Source of the DNA: a virus | Taxonomy: Duplodnaviria; Caudoviricetes | Direction: 5' to 3' (one strand) | Virus record (IMG/VR): IMGVR_UViG_3300016476_000344 | Location: 1-26,586 of that record | DNA: 26,586 nucleotides | Part shown: one piece after another, positions 9,538 to 16,895 of the stretch | Numbering within the stretch: position 1 is the first letter of the stretch | Layout: the number at the start of each line of letters is the position of its first letter | Position numbers and translations under genes: made by a program | Notes under the pieces: model-generated | The model's database searches: none | Told to the model about the DNA's origin: nothing | The model's input: only the letters and a program-made list of their open reading frames with translations

Positions 9538-9768
9538 ATGAGCACGACGCACGACGCGACATTTGAGGCCACGGTGGCCGCGGCAGCCAGCAAGGTGACC
9601 TACACGGGCGCCGGTGCGAGCGTGCTTGGGTGGCTGATGTCATCCCAGGCCGGCATTCTGATCGGCATCGTTCTTGGCGTCGGTGGCTTCATGGTTAACT
9701 GGTACTACAAGCACAAGGAAGACAAGCGCCGCCAGGCCGAGCACGACAGGCGCATGCGAGGCGACTGA
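9538..9768 (+). CDS. Holin (HP1-like)
   Basis: 76 aa from ATG 9538 with AAGGA RBS; hydrophobic helices ending VNWYYK, charged C-terminus; directly before the lysozyme. Confidence 0.85.
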   Translation: MSTTHDATFEATVAAAASKVTYTGAGASVLGWLMSSQAGILIGIVLGVGGFMVNWYYKHKEDKRRQAEHDRRMRGD

Positions 9769-10232
9769 TGGCCCGCATGCGCATTGCGTTCCTGACCCTG
9801 AGCGCCAGCGCGCTGATCGGGATCGCGGTGCATGAGGGCTACCAGGACACCGCCTACATTCCCGTCAAGGGTGACGTGCCCACCATTGGGTTCGGCGACA
9901 CCCACGGCGTCAAGCCGGGTGACAAGACAGACCCCATTCGCGCCCTGATCAAACTGGGCCAGCACACTGAGAACTTTCAGCGCCAGCTGCGCGAGTGCAT
10001 TGGTGACGTGCCCATGCACCAGCATGAGTGGGACGCCATCGTCAGCTGGGCCTACAACGTCGGCCCGCAGGCCGCGTGCAAGTCCACCCTGGTGCGCAAA
10101 CTCAAGGCCGGCGACTATGCCGGCGCGTGCGCCGAACTGCTGCGCTGGGACAAGTTCCAAGGCAAGCCCCTGCCAGGCCTCACAAAGCGCCGCCAAGACG
10201 AGCACAGGCAGTGCATGGGGGTGATTGCATGA
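9768..10232 (+). CDS. Endolysin, GH24 lysozyme, probable SAR type
   Basis: N-terminal hydrophobic helix followed by HEGY...GDVPTIGFG (E/D/T triad); YNVG; GLTKRRQDE. Confidence 0.92.
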   Translation: MARMRIAFLTLSASALIGIAVHEGYQDTAYIPVKGDVPTIGFGDTHGVKPGDKTDPIRALIKLGQHTENFQRQLRECIGDVPMHQHEWDAIVSWAYNVGPQAACKSTLVRKLKAGDYAGACAELLRWDKFQGKPLPGLTKRRQDEHRQCMGVIA

Positions 10233-10702
10233 TGTACACCCACGTGGCCGCTGCGCTCGTTTCTGGGGCCTTGGCGGCCTGGGGGGCGTGGCAGGTGCAG
10301 GCCTGGCGATACGACGCCCGGATCTCGGCCATGCAGGAGGCTCACGCGGTGAGCCTGCAGGCGGCCGAGCAGGCGGCCCGCGAACGCGAGCAGGCCCTCA
10401 ACCAGGCCAGGCAGAAAGCAGAGGAACGCTATGTGGAAGAAAAACGCCGGGCGACTGTGGCTGCCGGTCGCGCTCGCACTGAACTTGATGGGCTGCGCGA
10501 CACCCTCTACGCCCTCGGCGCCCCCGCAGCCGGCAAAGATCCCGCCGCCGTCTGTCGAACTGATGCAGGAGCCCTCGAGCGGCAGCTACTCGGACAGTGT
10601 GCAGCGGCTCTTGTTGGAGTGGCGGGAGAAGCTGACCGCCTGGCAGCGCAGGTCTTAGGCCTGCAGGGCTATGTGCGCGAGGTGTGTTTGGCGCCCAAAT
10701 GA
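10229..10702 (+). CDS. Rz: Inner-membrane spanin (Rz-like)
   Basis: Start at ATG 10229/10232 overlapping the endolysin stop; N-terminal TM helix then coiled coil; Cys near the C-terminus. Confidence 0.85.
   Translation: MMYTHVAAALVSGALAAWGAWQVQAWRYDARISAMQEAHAVSLQAAEQAAREREQALNQARQKAEERYVEEKRRATVAAGRARTELDGLRDTLYALGAPAAGKDPAAVCRTDAGALERQLLGQCAAALVGVAGEADRLAAQVLGLQGYVREVCLAPK
10431..10658 (+). CDS. Rz1: Outer-membrane lipoprotein spanin (Rz1-like), embedded in Rz
   Basis: Signal peptide with lipobox LMGC and a Pro-rich mature part; lies entirely inside Rz in another frame; GAGGA RBS. Confidence 0.82.
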   Translation: MWKKNAGRLWLPVALALNLMGCATPSTPSAPPQPAKIPPPSVELMQEPSSGSYSDSVQRLLLEWREKLTAWQRRS

Positions 10703-10703
10703 C

Positions 10704-10732
10704 TGTGCCAAAATTGTGCCGTGGCTTGTGCC
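10704..10732 (+). repeat. attP left arm-type integrase binding sites
   Basis: TGTGCC at 10704, 10715 and 10727; 10704-10725 matches 10889-10910 at 21/22 bases. Confidence 0.8.
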
Positions 10733-10756
10733 ACAGCAGATTGCCATTTGCACCTT

Positions 10757-10782
10757 GCGCCCGGAAATTCCGGGCGTTTTTT
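10757..10782 (+). terminator. Intrinsic terminator of the late/lysis transcript
   Basis: GCGCCCGG-AAATT-CCGGGCGT stem-loop followed by a T run. Confidence 0.85.
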
Positions 10783-10793
10783 CGTCTGGTCGC

Positions 10794-10838
10794 ACTGCAA
10801 ATCCGTGTACGCCGGTTCGATTCCGACCCCCGCCTCCA
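10794..10838 (+). other. attP core: 3' half of tRNA-Cys(GCA)
   Basis: ACTGCAAATCCGTGTACGCCGGTTCGATTCCGACCCCCGCCTCCA has the GCA anticodon loop, GGTTCGATTCC T-arm, T discriminator and CCA. The 5' half of the tRNA is absent. It lies about 340 bp from the integrase stop. Confidence 0.9.
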
Positions 10839-10844
10839 CTGATT

Positions 10845-11177
10845 TCATTCAAGAAATTCCCCGGCGTTCAACTTGATCCAGGCGACCTTGTGCCAAATTT
10901 GTGCCGTGGCGCAGTCAGGAGCCCCCAGGCGCCGCGCAAGGGCGTCCAGGGGCACTGACATCACCCGGCCGTCGAAATCGACTCTGGCGGCCATCCTGGC
11001 CCCTTGCTCCCACACTCCCAGCACGGTCCCGCGCCGGCCCACCGGCCAGGGCTTGCGTATGACCACCACCTGCACGCCAGGCCCGGCGATCAGGGCCTGA
11101 AGGTCTTCCAGGTCTTCGCGCAGGCGCGTGTGAACGGCCTGCGCGTGGGCCTCGATCTGCTTGAGGTGGTGGTTCAC
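10845..11177 (-). CDS. Hypothetical protein coupled to the integrase, possible SH3/KOW-like beta-barrel
   Basis: GTGA overlap with the int stop; PGVQVVV...GRRGTVLGV...RVDFDG beta pattern. Confidence 0.55.
   Translation of the reverse strand: MNHHLKQIEAHAQAVHTRLREDLEDLQALIAGPGVQVVVIRKPWPVGRRGTVLGVWEQGARMAARVDFDGRVMSVPLDALARRLGAPDCATAQIWHKVAWIKLNAGEFLE
10889..10910 (+). repeat. attP right arm-type integrase binding sites
   Basis: TGTGCCAAATTTGTGCCGTGGC, a direct repeat of 10704-10725. Confidence 0.8.
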
Positions 11178-12130
11178 AGCGTAACCTTTTCGGCCGCGGC
11201 GGCTAGGTGCTCAGGGGACAGGTGAGCATAGCGCTGCACCATCTGCGGCGAGTGCCAGCCGCCCAGTTCCTGCAGCACTGACAGAGGCGTGCCGGCCATC
11301 GCGTGCCAGCTGGCCCAAGTGTGGCGCAGGTCATGGAACCGCAGCCAGGGCACGCCAGCGCGCTTGCAGGCGTTCGTCCAAGTGGTTGGCGAGATCCTCT
11401 CGGGGAACTTGAACACCAGTCCCTCGCGGGGCTCGGGCATGGCGGCCAGCATCTCACGCGCTTGGGTGTTCAGGGGCACCAGGATGCGCTCGCCGGCCTT
11501 GGCCTCGTCTGCATGCACAATCACCATCCCGCGCTCGAGGTTCACGTTCTCCCAGCGCAGGCCGTGGACGTTCGATCTTCTCAACCCGGTGAGCAAAGCG
11601 AAACGGACAAGACACCGGTACTTTTCCGGCAGTGCGGCGATCAAATTGGTCGCCTGGTCTTGCGTCAAAAATGCGACACGGCGGCGCGGCTCGGCCTCGG
11701 TGCGCAGCACCGGCGCCTTGTCCAGCCAGTCCCACTCGCGCTCGCAGGCGCGCAGGATGGCCCGGACCAGTGCGCGGTAGCGGTTGCGGGTGGCCGGCTT
11801 CACGTCGGTGGGCAGGGCGCCCTCGAGCGTGTCGCGGTCCAGGTCGGCCAGCAGCTTGCCGCCCAGAGCGGCCTTAAGGAAGGTGATCTTGTCCTGGTCG
11901 TCCTTGATTGAGCGCTTGTGGCCGCGCTCGGTCAGCCAGCGCTTGGTGGCGTCGTCCCAGGACTTCTTGGGCTTTTCCTTGAGCACGCCCGTGCGCCACA
12001 GTTCAGCCTTGCGGATGTCGTGCAGTTCCTGGGCGTGCTCCTTGTCCTCGGTCTTCAAGGACTCGCGAATGCGCTTGCCCTTGATCATTACGTCCATCCA
12101 GTAGGTGTTGCCGCGCAGTTTGATTGCCAT
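11174..12130 (-). CDS. int: Tyrosine integrase
   Basis: TGLRRSN (R), HDLRH (HxxR), LGGWHSPQMVQRYAH (Y); GAGG RBS; adjacent to attP. Confidence 0.96.
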   Translation of the reverse strand: MAIKLRGNTYWMDVMIKGKRIRESLKTEDKEHAQELHDIRKAELWRTGVLKEKPKKSWDDATKRWLTERGHKRSIKDDQDKITFLKAALGGKLLADLDRDTLEGALPTDVKPATRNRYRALVRAILRACEREWDWLDKAPVLRTEAEPRRRVAFLTQDQATNLIAALPEKYRCLVRFALLTGLRRSNVHGLRWENVNLERGMVIVHADEAKAGERILVPLNTQAREMLAAMPEPREGLVFKFPERISPTTWTNACKRAGVPWLRFHDLRHTWASWHAMAGTPLSVLQELGGWHSPQMVQRYAHLSPEHLAAAAEKVTL

Positions 12131-12159
12131 CGTTTTGCCTCGTTCAGGTTTGGGTCAAT

Positions 12160-12194
12160 GGTGAGATTCTCGCAACATCACAGACAAACGTCAA
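12160..12194 (-). promoter_or_regulatory. Integrase promoter overlapped by a 17-bp operator
   Basis: Minus strand TTGACG(12194-12189)-N17-GAGAAT(12171-12166) with a TG extension; operator GGTGAG-ATTCT-CGCAAC at 12160-12176. Confidence 0.7.
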
Positions 12195-12202
12195 TACCCG
12201 GA

Positions 12203-12682
12203 TTAAATTGACACGGTCACCCCCCACAGTCCGATGAGCGCCGCCTCGGCGCGGCCATCGTCACGCACACGCTTGAACTCGCCGGCATGCCGTGGCCACT
12301 TGGCGATGGCCAGCGCACGCGACCCGTCCTTGCTTTGGTTCAGGCCCATGTCGCGCTTCCACTTGGCCGGGGGCACCAGCACCAGCGGGATCTGCAGGGC
12401 GGCCAGGACGCCTTTGACCACACCGAACCCTTCACCGAACGCGAACGCGCTGCTGACGCCCATCTGAGGGCTGCTGGACACGGCTTCCATGTGACACCGC
12501 AGCACGTTGTCCCAGTTGCGCAGTTCATGCGCCAGCAGTTGGGCCGAGATCCGGGCCTTGGTAGCCTTGCCGACTTTGACCTCAAGCGTGGGCATGTCCC
12601 ACACCTCAACCAGTTCGCCCGCGGCTGTCAGGATGGCGACAGCGCCCTTGTTGCCTGGGTCGATGCCCATCACGTAACTCAT
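12203..12682 (-). CDS. RuvC-like Holliday junction resolvase
   Basis: MGIDPG, E in CHMEAV, SAFAFGEGFG, VPPAKWK, DDGRAEAALI. Confidence 0.88.
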   Translation of the reverse strand: MSYVMGIDPGNKGAVAILTAAGELVEVWDMPTLEVKVGKATKARISAQLLAHELRNWDNVLRCHMEAVSSSPQMGVSSAFAFGEGFGVVKGVLAALQIPLVLVPPAKWKRDMGLNQSKDGSRALAIAKWPRHAGEFKRVRDDGRAEAALIGLWGVTVSI

Positions 12683-13173
12683 GCTTGCCCCCTTGCGCGG
12701 ATGGCGTCTGCGCAGTCACGCAGGGCGTCGATGCACATGTGCAGGTGTGCGTCTGTTGCGTTGGCTTCTGCCTCGCACACCTTTGCGCACGACTCGCGCT
12801 CTTGAGCCACTGCATGATTCACCGTGCGCTGAATATGCGCCGACAAAGCGTTGAGCACATGCTGCGTGGCTTCATCAACCGTGTATTCTGGGTTGACCTT
12901 GACGCCGTGTCTGTCGATCCGCATGACTTCAGCGGTAGGTGTTCCAGCAAGAAATGTGATGTTTGGCTCAGGCAGCTGAAATGCAGGATGGGGCGTCAGT
13001 ACCAATGGCGCAGAAGCATCCCACTTCACACCGCCTAGTTCCATCTCTCCAGAGCCGATACCAAGGTTCCCCTTTGTGTGCTTGCTCATGTCAACCTGCT
13101 CCCACTCAATCACTTCCTTGCCGTCTTTAATTACCTTGGTCATCTTGATTTCTCCTGCAAATGGGTAAGTCAT
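12679..13173 (-). CDS. Hypothetical accessory protein (ERExCAKVC...AIRAR C-terminus)
   Basis: ATGA overlaps at both ends; alternative start at 13143 with a GGAG RBS; lower GC. Confidence 0.65.
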   Translation of the reverse strand: MTYPFAGEIKMTKVIKDGKEVIEWEQVDMSKHTKGNLGIGSGEMELGGVKWDASAPLVLTPHPAFQLPEPNITFLAGTPTAEVMRIDRHGVKVNPEYTVDEATQHVLNALSAHIQRTVNHAVAQERESCAKVCEAEANATDAHLHMCIDALRDCADAIRARGQA

Positions 13174-13406
13174 GTGTTGCGTTCCTTGAGTTTGGCTTCG
13201 ATGGCGCGGGCGAAATTTATTTCGTCGCAGTGCGGATCATTACGAGCCATGATGTAGTCAACCTCCTCATCCATCAGTCCCACAAACTCCCGTTTTGCAT
13301 CCATTGCTTGGTAGATTTCCGTCAGCAGTTCATGGCCCAAAACGATCTTGTGCTGCATCGTTACGTCATGGGCTGCGGCAATCATTTCTCTGGTGACTTT
13401 AGTCAT
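13170..13406 (-). CDS. Small hypothetical accessory protein (FARAIEAKLKERN C-terminus)
   Basis: AAGGAG RBS, ATGA overlaps. Confidence 0.7.
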   Translation of the reverse strand: MTKVTREMIAAAHDVTMQHKIVLGHELLTEIYQAMDAKREFVGLMDEEVDYIMARNDPHCDEINFARAIEAKLKERNT

Positions 13407-13723
13407 GTGTTGCTCCTTGCTCTAATGGCTTCGGCAGCAAGACCTGTATCCATGTCGCCCTCCAGATACATGTCCGCACACACTTTTGCACAGGCTTCTC
13501 TTTCCTCCGCTTTCGCCTGAGCCAGAGCATCAGTCAAGATGTTGACCTGTCGCTCCATAGCTTCCATCTCGGCTGGCCAACTGTTGCGCTCGGCAGCAGC
13601 GACAAGGGAGGCGAAGCGTTCAAGAGTTTCTTCGCCAAACACCCAAGCAGTAGAGTTCCAATCCTCGCGTGGCGCTTGAACACACGCCTCCCGCGCCATG
13701 CGAATGATGTCTTCTCGATTCAT
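13403..13723 (-). CDS. Small hypothetical accessory protein (MNREDIIRMAREA...EREACAKVC...AIRAR)
   Basis: Start re-placed at 13723 (GGAGG RBS, ATGA overlap); a motif family frequent in proteobacterial phages. Confidence 0.72.
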   Translation of the reverse strand: MNREDIIRMAREACVQAPREDWNSTAWVFGEETLERFASLVAAAERNSWPAEMEAMERQVNILTDALAQAKAEEREACAKVCADMYLEGDMDTGLAAEAIRARSNT

Positions 13724-14226
13724 TTCATTCCTCCAAAAAGCCCCGCGAACGGGTTGGTGTGATCGCGCCAAATCTCCCCGCGCTTGATCAAGCTGACGGT
13801 GGACTGGCTGATGCCAAACCGCTGCGCGATCTCGGGCTGCGTGCCCTCTGCTTCGCGGATCTGCTGAGCGATTTCCATCGTCAAGCGTGACCGGGCGCGG
13901 GCCTTGTCTGCGATCTTTTTGACGCGGGCGGGGTTGGCTGCGTAGTTCAATTCCTTGGCAGACATGCTCTGCAGTCGCTTGCGCGTGATGACCATGATGT
14001 GGTCGGGATTCACGCACATGTAGTTGCGGCATTTGCAGGTGACAACTTTGCCGTCGCTGAGGTCAAGGCCCAGCTCCTGAGCGATGAACCTGCGCACCGG
14101 ATTGACGTGGCCCTTCCAGTTCATGGCCGGTGTGTTGCCGCTGGACTGATAGGAGCCAAACCACTCCCAGCAGTCGCCCACCTCGTTGGAGTGCTTGCGC
14201 AGGCGCTCAATCAGGACGGCCAGCAT
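13720..14226 (-). CDS. Degenerate HNH (His-Me finger) protein with C-terminal HTH
   Basis: CWEW.G ... TCKCRNYMCVNPDHI ... LT...AQQIR...TQPEIAQRFGISQSTVSLIKRG..W. Start at ATG 14226 (GGAG RBS) or GTG 14235. Confidence 0.75.
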   Translation of the reverse strand: MLAVLIERLRKHSNEVGDCWEWFGSYQSSGNTPAMNWKGHVNPVRRFIAQELGLDLSDGKVVTCKCRNYMCVNPDHIMVITRKRLQSMSAKELNYAANPARVKKIADKARARSRLTMEIAQQIREAEGTQPEIAQRFGISQSTVSLIKRGEIWRDHTNPFAGLFGGMK

Positions 14227-14329
14227 CGTCTTCACTCCGCGCAGACATCACGCACAGTGAGACTGCCAACACACTGACGAACGCGCCGGCGAGGGCGCCC
14301 AACAGGAACCACACGGCCTCGCTCAACAT
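14207..14329 (-). CDS. Small membrane peptide (40 aa)
   Basis: MLSEAVWFLLGALAGAFVSVLAVSLCVMSARSEDD...; fills the gap between neighbours with overlaps. Confidence 0.55.
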   Translation of the reverse strand: MLSEAVWFLLGALAGAFVSVLAVSLCVMSARSEDDAGRPD

Positions 14330-14676
14330 GCGAACCCCCTGCTGGGCAGCGCAAAGGCGGCAAGAGAGCCTGCTCGTGCTGGCGCCCACTGCGGCGGCAC
14401 GTAGGGCGGCAATTCCATCACGGCTGGCCGGGCCAGGGCCTTCTGCTTGGCGGCATACCGCAAAACAACCTCCGAGCCTTCGTGCGTGATCCTGTACTTG
14501 ACAGGCTCGAGGCGAACCTTTTTGCAGGACACCAGAAACCCGGAGCGCTTGCAGCGGGCGATCTCCCTGTCCATCTGCGCCATGCCCAAGGCAAGTTCGA
14601 TGTCCAGGCGGTTCATAGGCCCGCGCTCATGCAGCAGGGTCAGCATGGCAATTTTTCTCGGTGATACGGGGATCAT
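14323..14676 (-). CDS. Winged-helix DNA-binding protein
   Basis: Start 14676 (GAGG RBS, ATGA overlap); MLTLLHERGPMNRLDIELALG...KRSGFLV...YRITHEG wHTH pattern. Confidence 0.6.
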   Translation of the reverse strand: MIPVSPRKIAMLTLLHERGPMNRLDIELALGMAQMDREIARCKRSGFLVSCKKVRLEPVKYRITHEGSEVVLRYAAKQKALARPAVMELPPYVPPQWAPARAGSLAAFALPSRGFAC

Positions 14677-15863
14677 TTCCTCAGTGCCTCCAGCGCCTTG
14701 GCAGCGCCCTTGATCTTCTTGGCCTCCTCGCGCTTTGATGGCGAGTCGGGCTTGACCGGAATGTCGTCCGGGTGCGTGGCGATGTCGTCCCACTCTGTCG
14801 TCGGCGCGATGGTGGTGCCCGACGCCACGGTGCTGACCGGGAACTCGGCCTTCAGCTTGAGCACGTCCGCGATCAGCGTGCCGTTGCAGTTGTGCAGTTC
14901 CTTGCTGCTGAAGTTTGGGCCGTACTCCTTGATGCCGGCCGGGCCGTTCAGGAAGTGCTCGCCGGTGTCCTTGTGTCGGTACGCGATCCAGTTCTCGCCG
15001 CCGTCCTGCGGGTCGCCGTAGGGCACCAGGTCAGGAATCAGTAGGTGGTCATTGCACCCCATTGTTTGGTCTGCGTAGTCTTGATGGCCGCGGTGCTTTT
15101 CGCACCACCATTTGCCATTCTCAACGGGACTGGCATGCACGCAAGTGCGGCAGTTCGGCTCGGCGGCCATGCCACCGTGGCAGTGCCTCCACATCGAGCA
15201 CCACTTGCACTCGAAGAACTCCGGGTCAGTGCTCATGCGAAAGGGCGGGGTGGTGCTTTCGATCAGACGCTGGGCGCGTGCCAGCAGTTGGGCGTAGCGC
15301 TCCTTGTCGAAGTGGACCCACTCGCAGTACACGTCGTCGGTGTTCTTGTTGACGGCCATGTACAGGGCGCGCTCGATCTCCATCAGGCCCATGTACACGG
15401 TCATCTGGTCGTAGTGCTGCGGCTTGGCGCCTTGGACCTTCTTCTTCAGCAGTTCGTTAAAGGACTTTTCGCTGTGCGTCTTGAACTCCAGCACGGCCGG
15501 GCTCTTGGGCGCCTCGGGCAGGCCTTTAGCCACGCCGTCCAGGCTGCCGCCGAAGTGGCCGTTGCATGCGCTCACGCGCCACTGGTCGCCGCTGTCGGGA
15601 TCCACGTCCCAGACGGTCGCGCCGATGCCGCGCAGTTCCTCGATCAGGCGCGACTCCTCGCGCTTGCCGGTGTCGAACAGGCGCAGGATGCGGCCCTTGA
15701 ACTCGGGCTTAAGCGCCCAGCGCCAGGTCAGCCAGATGTAGCGGTCGCAGTTGTGGCCGATCAGGCTGGCGCCCATGTGCGGGCGGTGCTCTTGTGGTTT
15801 GGATTCGTACCAGCGGATGATGGCCGCGCTGGTGGTGTGTTGGGATTCAGGAATTGCTGCCAT
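14673..15863 (-). CDS. Cas4-like PD-(D/E)xK exonuclease with Cys clusters
   Basis: GASLIGHNCDR, GSLDG, LEFKT, QMTVYM, CKWC...C, plus NCRTC...C...C..H; start re-placed at ATG 15863. Confidence 0.85.
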   Translation of the reverse strand: MAAIPESQHTTSAAIIRWYESKPQEHRPHMGASLIGHNCDRYIWLTWRWALKPEFKGRILRLFDTGKREESRLIEELRGIGATVWDVDPDSGDQWRVSACNGHFGGSLDGVAKGLPEAPKSPAVLEFKTHSEKSFNELLKKKVQGAKPQHYDQMTVYMGLMEIERALYMAVNKNTDDVYCEWVHFDKERYAQLLARAQRLIESTTPPFRMSTDPEFFECKWCSMWRHCHGGMAAEPNCRTCVHASPVENGKWWCEKHRGHQDYADQTMGCNDHLLIPDLVPYGDPQDGGENWIAYRHKDTGEHFLNGPAGIKEYGPNFSSKELHNCNGTLIADVLKLKAEFPVSTVASGTTIAPTTEWDDIATHPDDIPVKPDSPSKREEAKKIKGAAKALEALRK

Positions 15864-16263
15864 CTTTTTCACCAATGATTTTGTTTATCAGCGCTTGCGT
15901 CTGCTGGTGCCACTTGTGAGAAATCAGCGGCATGTTGCAAAAATGGATGCCTTTCTGGCTTTCCTCAAAAGCATCCATCAACAACTCAAGCAGTTCAGGT
16001 GCGGCGGCAATCAGTCGGGCGTTGGTGTTGTATGGGTGCTTGTAACCGCGCAGCGTGGCAACACTCTTGTCGTTTTCGGTCATGATGTGCGTGACCCCGC
16101 CAAACGTCTTAAACGTCTTCCATGGCCCTGGCGTGTGCTTGAGCTGTCGAGTCAAGTTCATCAGTGCGCTCTCGGCGCTCCTGGGCAGGCTGTGACCTTT
16201 CAAAGCCACAACCAGCTCTGTGGCCGCGTCGGCTATTTGTTGGGATTCAGATGGTGTTGTCAT
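15847..16263 (-). CDS. Hypothetical phage protein (HTPGPW...NARLIAAAPELL motif)
   Basis: Start at ATG 16263 after GAGAG; recurrent phage motif; lower GC. Confidence 0.65.
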   Translation of the reverse strand: MTTPSESQQIADAATELVVALKGHSLPRSAESALMNLTRQLKHTPGPWKTFKTFGGVTHIMTENDKSVATLRGYKHPYNTNARLIAAAPELLELLMDAFEESQKGIHFCNMPLISHKWHQQTQALINKIIGEKDGSNS

Positions 16264-16283
16264 GGTTCTCTCGTTCAAAAGGT

Positions 16284-16401
16284 GGGGCCAGCTAGGCCTT
16301 CTCAGCCAGGCGGTTGGCGGTTCCTGCTCAGCTCTACAGCGACCCACCGAGGCCATTGGCATGGTGGTGCAGGTTCGATCCATCCGGCTTTGCTGTGCCC
16401 C
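16284..16401 (-). ncRNA. Candidate structured RNA / attenuator in intergenic region
   Basis: Nested pairings on the minus strand: GGGGC-A-CAGC/GCUG-GCCCC, AGCCGG/CCUGGCU, CCUGC/GCAGG, CCACC/GGUGG; followed by ACCUUUUG. Confidence 0.35.
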
Positions 16402-16409
16402 GATTCAGA

Positions 16410-16880
16410 TCAGACCCAAGGGCGTGCGCTCTTGGCCGGTGCGGCCGACGCGGCAGGCTTGGCGGCGGGCTTGGCCGCAGGCACGTCCATGGCCGGCTTG
16501 TAGTTCCAGATCACGTTGCGCGTGCTGTCCTTCTTGTCGATGCCGATCTCGGCAATGAACGGGCGGTCGTGCAGCTGCTCGCTGTCTTCCACCTCGTCCA
16601 CACCCAAAGCGGCGCACAGACGGGCCAGCGACTCTTGGGCGATCTTCACGGCTTGGTGGTTGGGGTTGTCCAGGTTGAAGCGCTCCCAGTGACGGCGGCC
16701 AGAATGCTCGCCGCTGATGACGTGCATCTCGCACTCGAGGTAGTGGCCGGTGCCGGCCTTGGTCGGTTTCGTGTCCGACTTGACGATCATCATTTCGTAG
16801 TCGCCAGCGGGCAGGGGGCCATAGTTGTTGCTGCGTTCTTCGATCTGGATTGCGGATGCGCGAAAGTTCAGTTGTGCCAT
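16410..16880 (-). CDS. DUF669-like single-stranded DNA-binding protein
   Basis: PLPAGDY..MI, G.GHYL..E..VISGEHSGRR.WERFNL.N.N..A..IA; Ala/Pro tail ending RPW; follows Sak4. Confidence 0.85.
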   Translation of the reverse strand: MAQLNFRASAIQIEERSNNYGPLPAGDYEMMIVKSDTKPTKAGTGHYLECEMHVISGEHSGRRHWERFNLDNPNHQAVKIAQESLARLCAALGVDEVEDSEQLHDRPFIAEIGIDKKDSTRNVIWNYKPAMDVPAAKPAAKPAASAAPAKSARPWV

Positions 16881-16895
16881 TTTGAGTTCCTAAGT

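Noticed and set aside
10028-10228. N-terminal extensions in the ORF track (Rz from 10028; also 3447, 9290, 9517, 14032, 14793, 18020, 19014, 21232)
   Set aside because: They overlap upstream genes or leaders; downstream ATGs with RBS or ATGA coupling fit better.
10760-10838. Complete tRNA-Cys gene
   Set aside because: Only the 3' half from the anticodon loop is present; upstream is a terminator hairpin with no acceptor/D arm. Treated as the attP core.
14673-15863. CRISPR-Cas locus implied by the Cas4-like gene
   Set aside because: No cas1/cas2 and no repeat-spacer array seen; the context is a Sak4 recombination module.
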